Assembly (NCBI GenBank): GCA_038496445.1
Contig: JALMLS010000256.1
Span: 124,001 to 188,000, forward strand
Length of the DNA: 64,000 nucleotides
Direction: 5' to 3'
Source: Trichosphaerium sp. ATCC 40318
Lineage: Eukaryota > Protista > Tubulinea
In this document: in pieces, positions 13,942-26,403 of the stretch
How the letters are laid out: the number at the start of each line of letters is the position of its first letter
Numbering within the stretch: position 1 is the stretch's first letter
The notes under the pieces: generated by a model
What the model was told of the DNA's origin: nothing
Database searches by the model: none
The model's input: only the letters and a program-made list of their open reading frames with translations
Program-made: the position numbers and the translations under genes

Positions 13942-14609
13942 ATGAAACTTCTTCTGCTTGTTACTTTTATTATTCTTCTCGCTGGCGTCACTACAAGGCC
14001 TGCGCCTTGTGATTACTGTGAAAATTGCGTTAATGCTCAAAACTGTATTCCAGCTCATTGTAAGGGTTGTGGAACGCTCAAAGAAGCCATGGCGGTTAAC
14101 GGATCACTTATCATGAAGGTTAACTGGTACGTTACCAAAAAAAGCCCAAATCACGTGATTGTTACTTCGTTTCTAACGGTTGGACGTAGGACAAGTTTTT
14201 CCAGCGCAGGTGGAGCTGATATGTACTATGGTGATATAATAAAGACATACCAGGTACTACACCACTTGTGGTACCTACTGTATCTAACAGCGATAACAAA
14301 AGGGCGATTCTGATGGCTTACAAGTTGCTACGCAAGCACAATTTCCTGGATATCCTTGCTTGACTGAATTTATGGTGAACAAAGAGTACGTAGTGTAATA
14401 CCTTTTTGTTCAGTTTTCGTTTTCGTGTTTTTCGTCTCTCCCTCACTGTTATTGTGCGTGATAGGTATATAACCACAACACTACCAAACGCTGTTTTACG
14501 TAAGCCTGAAGAACCTGATTGCTTCTTTATTGCCTTGGATATGTGTAGCTACTTTAAACTTGTGAGTGAACTGACAGCAGAAGAGAAAGCACTGTTAGGC
14601 GATGTATAA
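13942..14609 (+). CDS. Secreted cysteine-containing protein of unknown function (4 exons)
   Basis: Signal peptide MKLLLLVTFIILLAGVTT followed by CDYCENCVNAQNCIPAHCKGC. Three GTAC-donor introns splice in frame to ...EEKALLGDV*. Confidence 0.7.
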
Positions 14610-14930
14610 CATGAACTAGTAATTCATTGTTTTTGGTTCCAATAAAAACGCCTTACCGAACTATGTAATCATTCGCCTTGCCCCGCAATGTGAAAATCGT
14701 AGTTGATAGCCTTATTATTAACTGTCTTGACTATATTTCTTTCCACAGACAATACTATTAACACTTTACCAATGTTTGTATTAATTTTGTTGTGAAGTCT
14801 ATTTCGACTTCTCCTCCAAAAGCTTGTTCTGTAACGTACCAGTTCTGATGTTGATAGTACAAAGTTCTGATAAATTAAATTTACAGGTAGTAAAGATACG
14901 GTGGAGCTCGAAGAATTATAGCCAATCCCA

Positions 14931-16659
14931 TTAGACTTGTAGTAGAATTACGGGTTCTATATGAGTTATACTCGGCTTCTTGTTCCCTGGTAAATGGCAG
15001 TTTGATTGTACTAGCTTCAAATGCCTATGCTTCGAAGTCACGTGCTTTTGCAACATTTCTTGATTTTTTCTTGTAGTAGAAAGGCACACAATGCAGTGTT
15101 GGAAGTACCCTAGTTCCTTGCTGACGCTCAGCAACCTAATACAAAATACCCTACTGGAAAAAAGATAAGCAGAGTTTGAATAAGCAACATGTTCTAGGTA
15201 CATAATTATAGTGTTTATTTACCGCATGTAAGGCGGGTAGGTCTCTGGTTTATCTGTTACATAAGGATCAATATTAGGCATTAATGCTACAGAACCACAA
15301 TAAGTAAACCCGTATACACGACCATTCCATTCTACCAATCTGGGCTCTTCAGAGAACCTGCTATCTTTCAAATTGAAAGGCCGGAATTTACCAGTATCAA
15401 CATTATATTCTGTCCAATATCTAAAAAACAAGATTAACTTAAAATGGAACTTCATTGTTTAAACAACTAAAAAATAACATACAATGCATGTTTGAATATA
15501 ATAGTTTCTTCTCCATGACTGTTCGTACTATTACAAGCCCTACATAGGGACTCGTGTACATAATTTGAGAAAATACTAGGAATAAGTTTACATTCATTTT
15601 CTTCAAGTTTAACCGTGTATAACTCTGCTAAATAGCATCCACCTCCACCTACTATCACTGTAAACGCAAAATCAGCTTTCTTCGAATCACTGAGAGGAAG
15701 GACAAAGTCAACATCATCGTCCGATGTCAAGTCTAGAGGAATTATTTTCTTTACAATCTTCGACTCCATATTGAACTCAAATATACCATCTCGACGTAAC
15801 AACAGAAGTACTTCGCTCTTCTTTGGATGCGGTAGTATCCTTAGCTCAATATTAGAAGGCATAAACGAGATTCCATCCATCACAGGCACCAGAGTTTCGA
15901 TATCTCCGGACTCGAGGTTGACGATATTTATAACGCTTGCCATAACAACGATGCTTTTCTGATCACATGTTAAATAAATTTGAATGATATTTTCCCATTT
16001 CCGTAAATCCAATAAACAAACGGTCACTGGCGCTTTTGTGAGGTCATTCAAGTCAATTGAAACAATTGAGCTATTAGGTCCTTGGCAGTATAGAATACCC
16101 TTCTTGGACGCTGTAAAAGTGCGTAATCCCTTTATTCCGTCGTGTGTTGGTATATTCTGTATCGCAGGATCGCGACTTATAACCTCCTACCACCAAACGG
16201 TCAAAAACAACGCTATTTATATTGTAATGATCCTTTTCAGCGTACTCTGAACAGTCTTGTCCTGAAATGCTCGTTGTATGCTTTTTTGCATACGCAAGCA
16301 AAGGAACGCACTGATTTCTCATCTAGAAAGTCGTCCTGTATCTTTGTGAGGGTTTGGTATAAATTGAATATAATCAGCTTAGGGTATCTTATAGCCTTCT
16401 TATTAGTAGAAAACGCGTCTATGATGCGGTTGAACAGTTGCTGCATTTGTTCTGTTGTAAATAAAATACACAAAAGTGACTTCTTTTCACTGAAATGAGA
16501 ATTGTACATTTGGAACATATCATGATGGTACAAGCTATTGCAAGGTTTACAATATTTAATCTCAACTTCGTGATAGCGAGTTGCACTGCAAAGAAGAGCA
16601 AACTCTTTTTTTTCTGAGAAATATTCTGGACTGCAAGTACATGTTTGTTTCGTACTCAC
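14931..16659 (-). CDS. Hypothetical protein with F-box-like motif and beta-rich (propeller-like) region
   Basis: IQDDFLDEKSVRSFACVCKKAY resembles the F-box C-terminal half. It is followed by a beta-strand-rich ORF (15467..16051). Both ends uncertain. Confidence 0.45.
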
Positions 16660-16744
16660 TAGCGTTATTCTAGAGCAAGTACATTTTTGGTGATGTTAAT
16701 TTACACTGATTTTCTAAGTTTAATTACAGTCATTGTTGTACGTT

Positions 16745-19700
16745 TTATTCTTGTGTGAGCAGACGACAAACATCTTCCATATCAGGTCGCTTTTCTGCTT
16801 TAAACCGCCAACACAACTTCATTAGTTTTCTATACTTTTCAGGAGTTATTGATTCATCAACTTTAGGAGTTGTCCCGTTCTCTCGAACTTGTATTGCTAC
16901 GTCAAGCAAGTCTGGGTTATCATGCCATGGTTCTTGCTCGTGGAAAACCTCATACTAGATTCATATTAGACATGGCTAAACGGAAAAGTCTACATACCAA
17001 GAGCGAAGCAAATGACCAAACATCTGATTTTGGGGAAAAAATCTTTCTCATGTTTTCAGGTGCCATCCATCTGTAAAAAACAGCTTTAGACAGAAGTAAA
17101 TCTTATGTATCTACTAACCTTATAGGACCTATATTACTCTTCGTTTGACCTGATTCATCACCACCAACGTTCCTCGACATACCAAAATCACTTATTTTTG
17201 GAGTGAGGCGATCATCTAAAAGCACATTCCTTGCAGCTAAATCTCTTCACGTGCTTGTTAGTAACGTTATTACCCACTCAAGATGCACGTACCTGTGTAT
17301 GATACCTTCTTTATGAATATGTAAGAGACCCTTAGCAATACCAAGAATGATTTTATGTTTCTGTTCCAAAGACAGTTTCGTTGTTGATTCAAACAACAAC
17401 GTATCAAGTGATCCACCTACGTTAAAGTAAACATAACTCGAAAAAAACCTCTGAACAGTTTTACACTCACCATTCATGTATTCCATTACAAGTACATTTG
17501 TCGTTACGTCTTGAATATACAATCCAAATACCTTTACAAACGTGTTAAGATGATAACTAGAACTGGTTTTCTTACTTGGATGACATTTGTGTGAGGACGC
17601 AGTTCGACCTATTATCCACTTGTTAGAAAATATTTTGCTTCGTATTCTATTCTGTATGTACCATTAATTTGACTTCTTCTGTAAAGCTGTCAGCGCCTTC
17701 TACATCTGTGCAGAACTTCAACGCAACTTCATTGTATCTCCAAACACCTTTATGTACAGCACCGAAGCTACCTATTTTAAAGGATTAACAACAGCAAACA
17801 TGTGATAGATATTAACCTAACCTTTACCAAGTTCATCACCAATTTCAATTTCTTCACCATTAATTATCCAGCTCTCAAGTAAGTCTCCATCTAGCTTTTC
17901 TTTCACAGTCAATAACGCAGAATCACCTGAACTCACATACTTAAGCATTCTTAAAAGTACTTAATATACTACGTACTGTCTTTGTTAATATTACTATACA
18001 TTCTCCCTCGTGGATTACCAGGAATGTTGTCGTATTTCTCTACTGTACTTCTCTTGTCTGTAAAAAAAAAAGATGAGTTCTGAGTGGCTATTTCTGGCAC
18101 ATTACCTAATTGTACAGATGTTGTAGATGCTTGTCTGATCTTCGAGCCACTCTGAAGGATAGATTAGATTTAGTATTATATGAAGAGAACAAGGTACCCT
18201 CTTTTTCATGAAGACAATGAAGATGAGAATAGCAATAAAAGCAACAAGCACCGCTACAATTATAGCAACAATTATTATCCAAGTATTGTTATCATTGCTA
18301 CTGTTGCTCCTAGTTGAAGAAATACAAGCTTCACTGGATTGAATACCGTTACACAATACACCAACAACAGTTGCATCATCATTTGTATCTGCTAAAGTAA
18401 TTACAGCGTCTGCCATACAACATGCACTTAGCGCTATCTGAGCAGCATCTTGTCCTACAAACACATCAACATCCGTTGGGAGCATGAAATGTTCCTTACC
18501 GTTTGTGACGCCTATAGTCATGACGTAGGAAGTTGCCCTTTTAGTAGTGGAAGGGACAAAAGGAAACTGGTAGAGTCTACTTTGGTTGGTTTGTAGTAAG
18601 TCTGCCAAGTCTATAATAAACTGATCTACAAACTGGTCTATAGCTTGTTCTGTTCCATCATGTTCGAATACAATCGTAATGTTTGAACCAAATTCTGGGC
18701 TCAATGTTGTATTACCTTCAGTAGGTGGAGTTGTAGGTATAGGTGACGGAGGTATGGTGGGAGGATCAGTGGGTTCAGGTAAGAAATACAGCATAACGTC
18801 ATTACCAACTACATATGCGATCTATCTTAAAGTAAGAAAAAATCAAGAATATTGTTTTAGTGTCATACCACAATTTCTGTCGCATTGGTAACTGCAATGA
18901 CAGGCTTTTCGCCTTTAACTAGTACGTCTATATCTATCACGTCCACTTCACTTGTCATGGAAGTGACTGACAATACGGATATAACTTTATTCGTCTTTGA
19001 CGAGATGGCATAAAACTTATCACCACTGGAGGTGATGCTAATGTCTTCTGGATCAATTACAAACTGCGCGGATACGTTTAGAAGGCTTGAGGTATTGATT
19101 GAGTGAACTTTTATCTCAGCAACAGCACCAACCATACCACCTAGCACAGTATCATGAGCTTAACGTGAAAGAAAAAAAACTATTCAGCTCGTACTTATCG
19201 AATCTCCTTTCATAAACACTCCAACTGTATCCGTTTCTGAGTTGTATTCTGATACAATTTGTTCCGGTTCGATTATCACATCTGCGATATTTCTAGTTAA
19301 CATGATAGGGCCCTTTAAGAGTTAAAACATACTACACTTTTCTAGTTGCTTACTGTTTGTAGTAAGTTAGTTGGAGTTACATGAAACCAGCGTAGATCTG
19401 CGGATCCCACATTCCATGCTGTAGCAATACAATCACCACACTCTCTTCCTCCGTAAACGGTAGTAAAATCAGAACTGTAATCAATAGAAAGATCTGAATA
19501 AATGTTAGTAGAGTTCTCAAAGGTTTTAGTACATACCCACTGTTCTGTAGTTGGTATTGAACCCTTGTCCATTAGTAAACAGAGTTGTATAAGTAACCGA
19601 AGTTCCTAAAGTTTGCCAACTCACGTAGAATAGTGAGTTGCCTAGAACAGTTTTTAAGTCACGTGTTTGTTCTTTACTGTACCTGGATTGTATGTAGCTC

Positions 19701-20396
19701 TTAGCTTGCTTACTTGCATTGCCGTAGAGTAAAAAGGCCCTAGAAACATTTTCTAAGAAAAACAAGTCAAAACAAATGCTAAAACACAGAAAAAATTGAA
19801 AAATAGTACGGTCGCAAGCACACGCATGGCACCAATAGCTATGGTTGTTTTGTTCAATGCAACTACAACGAATTGATTATTTCCGAACAAGACTTGGGGT
19901 TTTTCAGCATCAATCATGCTTTTAATTAATAGATTTGGTGCCGGATCTTCAAGCTCTAAATAAAGAAAAGGCGTTAATATCATTCAGTTATCTTTCTCTG
20001 TTTTCACGTGAACAACTGGTTTTTTTTCGCTTTTTTTTCACTGTGGTACCTTTTTTTGTGAAGCGAATTACGTCCACTCTCGGTACCACTCGCATTCCTG
20101 AGACTTCATATGCTAATACAAACGTATCCTGAATTTTGTCATTAGGAAAGAGTTTTCGTCCTGTTATTCCTTACCTCTCCGTTTAGTTTGCCATACGCTA
20201 ATGCTGGATTTGTCAGTGTTTGATTGCTGTACAAATTATCAACGAGTGATAAAGGTTTAGAGAGATCATAGCAAGACCCTGTACGAAGGAAAAATAAATG
20301 AGCATCACAGACAGAAAAATATGGTCATTGTTAATTATTACCACTAGCAACGCATAGTGTAATTGTCAATATCCAGGCAAGTAGGAAGTGTGTCAT
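16745..20396 (-). CDS. Receptor tyrosine-kinase-like protein, paralog 1
   Basis: Signal peptide MTHFLLAWILTITLCVASG, long ectodomain, Pro/Thr stalk and TM segment WIIIVAIIVAVLVAFIAILIFIVFM. Kinase motifs GKGSFGAVHKG, VALK, HRDLAARN, DFGMSR, GPIRWMAPE and SDVWSFAS. Confidence 0.9.
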
Positions 20397-21407
20397 CCCT
20401 GATTTGACCTCTTGAACCTCGAGCTTAAGCCATGATTTTTTTGGTAGTTCCTTTTCAAAAAATTCATTTAATAGCCGCTGCCTGCGTTCGGCGTTTATGT
20501 GAGCTTCATTGTAAGGAAGTATCACGTGCTTTTACATGAAGTAAAAGTCTGATTTGTTTTTCTTTTAAACAGCGCACACTTTTCTTTAAAAATGTTCCAG
20601 TAACGTTTACTTAGATCCTATAGGCCAACGGTACGTAAAACGAAGGCTTAGGAGGAAGTACGCCTTTCATGGCCAGAAGCACATTATTCTGTTAACAATA
20701 CGCAAACATCATCCTCCGCCGTCGCGGCAGTTCCGTTTTAAAGCACTTCATGAGAACAAGCATAGGTATTAAAAGTGTGCCATAGCAGATGTCCAAGTAT
20801 CGTAGTTGCGAAAAATTAGTTTATTTGCTACAGTCGGGTTGATTTGCGTTTGCTACGTTCACGTTTCTTAAATAAAAAATTGTTCATCACGTGTAAACCT
20901 TCCTTTGGGGTTAACAAAAACCCTAACCGGATAACCCCATAATTTCAATAGTATTCTTTGTCTTATACTATTGAGATACATGCGATCTTCTGTGCTACAG
21001 TACTACAAGGATTGGTATAAAACGGAACCACGAATTGATCTAGCTTTGCATTCAGAACCTAGCTTCACTTCGAAATGGCTTGTGAACCTCTAACGGGAAC
21101 AGCATTATATCTGGTAAATCTTCACCACATCTTCACTAACAAATACACCACCCTTTCCAAAAAGTTCTGGGATATAAACCACTCTACGCAACTCAGAACA
21201 TATTTTACTTTGGTGGAGAAAAGCACTTCAAATAGCTCGGACATATTTCCGAAAAAATCTAAATTATGGATGACTGCAAGCAATAGCTGGTGTCCATATG
21301 ATAAACTTGTACAGGCACAACATTAACTAAATACGGTGCGAAGACACTAGCAGATATTCATAGTATCAATCATACTATCTATGTGGAAGAAAAAAAACTC
21401 AAATATT

Positions 21408-21432
21408 TGTGGCAACAAACTTTGTTGCCACA
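21408..21432. repeat. Perfect 12-bp inverted repeat (1-nt spacer)
   Basis: TGTGGCAACAAA-C-TTTGTTGCCACA, ~290 nt upstream of the GPCR ATG. Confidence 0.8.
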
Positions 21433-21721
21433 CCTCTGACTAACCAACTGAGACTGTTGTATTACTTGCAACAGCATACTTTTGCGCAGTAAAGTGATAC
21501 TTATGCAGGAGTGTGTAAGTTTGCAATATCATACAGTGTATTTTTGCGCTGGCCAAGCTGACCCATTAATTTCACACCATTATGACATACTGACATATCT
21601 TATTTTCTAGATGCCATGTACACCTTCAGAAATCACGACGTGTTAGTTCAATTATGCCACGAACTGTGTACACATAATGTGAACTATTATCCTAATTAAA
21701 GATATTGACTAATAGCTCTAA

Positions 21722-24708
21722 ATGGAACGCAAAGAGCTACAATACTTTGTACTCTTATTCACTCTTTTTGCTTGCCGTATTACAAACGCGCAATTAGACG
21801 GTGTATGCGGTCCATACGTTCATAATGTCACTGGTACACCTTACAGGTACGCTAAAAAGCCCCAATATTGTGCTAGTAGCGTTAGAAAACGCGTACTTCT
21901 TTGTTTTTGGACTTTTTGTATAATTAGTCTTTTCAAGAAAGAAAAGAGCGGAGACGCCTAGTTTTATCGCACTTCACAGCGATATGAGAATAAAAGAGTA
22001 TTTATATTGCCTCTACTAAAAAACAGAGATTACATTTCTCCTTCAACATCAAACTCCTTTTAAACACTTCCCTTCGCTCGTTTATTGCTTATTTTTGGCT
22101 TAAGATGCGATACCGAAGTTGCTCCGGGTACAGTAGTTTTTTTTTCACGAAACATGACTCAAGCGCAACAACAGGAGTACGCCTTTCGAATCCTTTCACT
22201 AACTCAATAGAAAAAAAAAATTGTCAACATCACGCCAACTTTTCAAGATCGTTCATTGATTTATGTTTCTGACACTACGTGTTGACACTACGTGTTAACA
22301 CCGTAATGAACTTTCATGTGAAAAAAACTTTGTTCGACGAAGATTTACACAAACGTTTTGTCTCTTATTTAATACGGGAGTTGACCTGAAATAACACTAT
22401 TGCGATTTAGCGCTAAGCTACTTTCAAAAAGAAACTCCTGATCAGCAACAAGCACGTGACTTTCTGACCTACCATCACAAAATACTCAACAAGGCTACAT
22501 CAATAGGCTAGCTTACGTACTCTAGTGGCGTTGCCTGTACTCACAAACCATCTCGAAAAACTAGCTTAGCGCTAGCAAAAAATAGCGTTATTTCAGGTCA
22601 AACCCAAGCAGTACACCTGCCAATATTAGCTCGTTGAGATTTTTTTTATTGCCAAAACGCTGGACTCAACCGACTTTGTTTGTGGCGTTCTTTCAAAAAA
22701 CAGCATTACAGCTTCTTCTAACATAGTTTCTTTAGTCTTACTGAACAGAATATTAATGGTATTGATCTTTTGGATGCGGTTGGAGGTGGTGGATGTAAGG
22801 CTGTAGCTATTAAATTGGCTTGCGCCAGTGCCTTCCAGCGATGCGAAGGTTCAGATCCTATTAAACTGATAAAGCCATGCGTAGATGAATGTGAAAGGAC
22901 GATAGTTGAATGTTCTGATTTCCTACCTTTTGCACCTCAATTACAACCCAATTGCTCTAACACTGACTTTATTGACACTCAGTGCACAAGTAACACAACC
23001 ACGGATGATAGTATGCATTCATATTTTGCAAACAATTTTTCGTTTGTTTCTTTTTGTCTTGCTTATGACCCTTTAGTTCCAGTCAGTAACTCAATAACTT
23101 GTCCACCTTATCTTCACCCGGATCCCAAAGCTATTTTCAAACCTGATATCAGTATATGTGAGTAAACAACAATTGTATTTCCAAACAAGCTTACACGTGA
23201 AATAGTTGAAGCTGAGTGCTTTCTTTGTCCAACTCCGGTTTACAAAGGCACGTGCTTAGTATACTATACCGTCCACTAATAGTAGCGATATAGAACGAGA
23301 GTATGACATCATGTACACATTTTCATACATCGTATGTGGCTTAAGCTTCTGCTGTGCTGCATTCAGCTTTGTAGTGTTCGTATCAAGTAAAAAGTACCAA
23401 CAAAAAAAGAAGACAATACAAGTTGCTGACATGGTTTTTTCTTTAAGATTTAGAGCGTTTCCAACACAGTTCTTTATTATCCTTTCCATGGATGCTGCTC
23501 TCATGTCATTCGCAGAATTCATAGGTGGCATTTCACCTGAAACGTTTGTATGTGAGCACAAAGGAAGGCTTGCCCATAAATGGCACACAGCATGCTCAAT
23601 ACAAGGTAAGTATCTGCAAGACTAAACTCTATGGAGTGATAACTATATAGGTATTGCTATTCTGTTTGGTTCTATCCAATATATTATGGCATGGATGCTT
23701 CTAGCAGTAAATTTGGCTTACATCAGCTACCAGGGAGTCAAGCTACTCTCTGGAAAATTTCCTTTATACTATCGTCTTGTACGTTTTTTAAAAATTGTCA
23801 AAAATCTCCGTTGTCTAACTTTGTCGTATTTCTAGACGATTTACTCTTTGTTGTGGTGTTTGCCAATGCTGATAACATCAATAGCGTTTGGTACAGGATA
23901 TGTAGTATCTTCTCCCGGTATTCCGTTTTGTTTTAGTACGCCAACAATACTCACGTGTACTATTCAGCTAATACTTAGATTAGTAGGCATAGAGCTATTA
24001 TGGCCTATGTGGGCGTTCTTTTTTGGATTTCCTTTAATCCCATGTACAATTATTGGAACTGTATGCTTCTCTTATCTGCTATATACCCTTTACAGTTCCC
24101 AAGTACGTTGATTTGTTCAATACAATTTAATATTGACAAGCTCTCTTAGCAACCTGAAGCAAACAGTGCTAAGAGGCGAGATAACGCTCGAAACCTCATC
24201 ATTGCTTTCCTACTAAGCTACCTGCCAATAATATTGTTTTTATTAGGGCACGTGATTTTTAATACCTAAATATGGAAAACAACGCTAACTGTCTTTATTC
24301 ATAGATACTTTTTTTATACCTTGACTATTCCAAGGTTCCAGTTTGAATTTGCAGTCTGTGTTTTTGATAATGGCCCGGAGGCATGTGATGCAGAAATGAC
24401 TCCCTTGTGGGTCAATTTGATATTCATCTTTTGCACTGGAGGTACACCAATAGGCATGAATACACGTTTACATATTCTGATGTATTTTTACAATAGGTTT
24501 GGGTATACCAATGTTGATTACATTCATGTTCTCCAGGTATACTACCTAATCTATTTAATAAATATTATTAACATGCTACAATAGAGCTTTCAGATTCTTA
24601 ACAATAAAGTACTACAGACGACTGTTTTCTTGTTGCTGCAAACAAAACACAGAAAGCGATGGCATAGTAACAGGCAAAGTTATAACAGCACCAAATTTAT
24701 TCAAATAA
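21722..24708 (+). CDS. Frizzled/Smoothened-like GPCR (Fz cysteine-rich domain + 7TM), multi-exon
   Basis: Signal peptide, CRD motif CASAFQRCEGSDPIKLIKPCVDECERTIVEC and successive TM exons (FPTQFFIIL, CSIQGIAILFG, WCLPMLITSI, PGIPFCF). The architecture matches the Dictyostelium Fsl class. Two GC-AG introns are needed to keep the frame. Confidence 0.85.
22376..22605. mobile_element. MITE-like element (~230 bp, ~45-bp imperfect terminal inverted repeats) in GPCR intron 2
   Basis: Left end GGGAGTTGACCTGAAATAACACTATT...TAGCGCTAAGCTA; reverse complement of right end GGGTTTGACCTGAAATAACGCTATT...TAGCGCTAAGCTA. Non-coding interior; no clear target-site duplication. Confidence 0.7.
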
Positions 24709-24942
24709 AATAAACCTATAACTAAGAAAGATCTTGAATAACAATATTCTAAACCAAACATACAACAAATAAGTGACGAGTTTCAACTAAACGTTCCCTT
24801 CATTGCAGCAATAACAACTAAGTTGACTTCCTTTAGCTGTTTTTTTTCCTAAACTTTCTAAACTTTATTGACTCTAATTAACATCAACCGAGAACATTAC
24901 AACCTTTGATTCACTTTCATGTAACACTTGGTGCATATGTTT

Positions 24943-26403
24943 TCATTTCTTCTTTCCAGACCAATAAAATATGGACGAATAAAAGTACCTAAACCATCCA
25001 TACAGAAAATTCTTTAACATTTGTACCGGCAATAAGATTCTATTGAATGATGATAATATCATTGCCCTGCTTTCATTCCGTTTTTTCTTATTGCACTTGC
25101 CAAGTCGTGTTTTTCTACTTCTCAACCAGTCTCCTACATCACTCTTTACAACAACAGGTCTGCCTTCCTCACTCCATTCTTTCTGGTCATGTATTTCACC
25201 ATGAACATAAATAGTTTGTTCACAAAGTTGTCCATTTTCGTACCACTCTTTATGTTCACCATGTTGTTTACCATCAACCCACATATCTTGTGCCTTGATT
25301 TGCCCATTCTTATACCACAGTTTAGATTCGCCATGTTTCTCTCCGTTAACAAATGAAGAATGTCCAGCTCGTTCTCCACTCTCATACCAATCTGTGTATT
25401 CACCATGTTGTTTACCTTTTACATACATGCCAACCATTTTAAGGTTACCATTTTCATACCACTCTTTGAATTCACCATGTTGGTCGTCACTAAGCCACAT
25501 GCTCTGGACAGAGAGTATTCCTGTGTTGTACCATAATTTGGCTTCACCTTCTTGCTTATCATCAATGAAGAAACACTCAAACATAAGTTGCCCATCTTCA
25601 TACCATTGTTTACCTTCGCCATGTCTTTTGTCATCAACCAATGTGTATTGTGACTCTAGTCGCCCATTCTCGTAATATTGTTTGACTAGGCCAGTTCGTT
25701 TACCATTGACCCACATGATTTCTACCTTAATATTTCCGCTTTCATACCACGCTGTAGATAGACCAATTCGTTTGCCATCAACAAACATAATACGTGACTT
25801 TAATTGTCCATTTTCGTGCCAATGCTGTTGTTCTCCATTTTTTTTACCATCAATAAACTCACATTGTAAAGCGAGTTGTCCATTTTCATACCACTCTTTG
25901 TGTTTGCCATTTTTTTTGTCGTTTGCCCACGTGGTTTGTGTGTCAAGATTCCCATTATTATACCATGCTGTTGTTTCACCATGTGCTTGACCATCAAGCC
26001 AACTACATTGTATTTTAGGTTTTCCATTCTCATACCACTCTTTGTGTTCACCATTTTGTTTACCATCAACAAACACACATTGTAAAGCGAGTTGTCCGTT
26101 TTCATACCACTCTTTGTGTTCACTGTTTGGTTTACCATTAGCCAAGATACACTGTATTTCTAGCTGTCCATTTTCATACCAACCCTGACATAATCCATTC
26201 TTTACATATTCATGGCTTTGTACTTTTCCACTGTTATACCATCGTATCCATTTTCCTTTTTTTTGTAATGAGCCATCAAAATGTGTATTGATTGCTGCTC
26301 TTTTAGACAACACGTGGAATTTTGTGAATGATTCTTTGTTGAATGTGCAAATGTACTGTTGAATCTCGCAAGGAAGATCCAATAAAGTCAAAGTAGAACA
26401 CAT
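24943..26403 (-). CDS. F-box-like + MORN-variant (MORN_2/YwqK-like) repeat protein, intronless
   Basis: 486-aa ORF. N-terminus LLDLPCEIQQYIC, then ~15 repeats of 24 aa with consensus HGEHKEWYENGQLxxQCxFVDGKQ. Confidence 0.9.
   Translation of the reverse strand: MCSTLTLLDLPCEIQQYICTFNKESFTKFHVLSKRAAINTHFDGSLQKKGKWIRWYNSGKVQSHEYVKNGLCQGWYENGQLEIQCILANGKPNSEHKEWYENGQLALQCVFVDGKQNGEHKEWYENGKPKIQCSWLDGQAHGETTAWYNNGNLDTQTTWANDKKNGKHKEWYENGQLALQCEFIDGKKNGEQQHWHENGQLKSRIMFVDGKRIGLSTAWYESGNIKVEIMWVNGKRTGLVKQYYENGRLESQYTLVDDKRHGEGKQWYEDGQLMFECFFIDDKQEGEAKLWYNTGILSVQSMWLSDDQHGEFKEWYENGNLKMVGMYVKGKQHGEYTDWYESGERAGHSSFVNGEKHGESKLWYKNGQIKAQDMWVDGKQHGEHKEWYENGQLCEQTIYVHGEIHDQKEWSEEGRPVVVKSDVGDWLRSRKTRLGKCNKKKRNESRAMILSSFNRILLPVQMLKNFLYGWFRYFYSSIFYWSGKKK

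Noticed and set aside
20918-20926. Telomere-like AAACCCTAA motif
   Set aside because: A single 9-mer is expected by chance in AT-rich DNA, and there is no tandem array.
24442-24496. Third GC-AG intron in the GPCR gene (GCATGA at 24454)
   Set aside because: An in-phase canonical GTACAC donor at 24442 explains the junction equally well.
25146-26138. Overlapping and antisense ORFs inside the MORN gene (likewise in the LRR and MORN genes at 51098-51914 and 56570-57202)
   Set aside because: These are shadow ORFs produced by the repetitive codon structure of the real gene.
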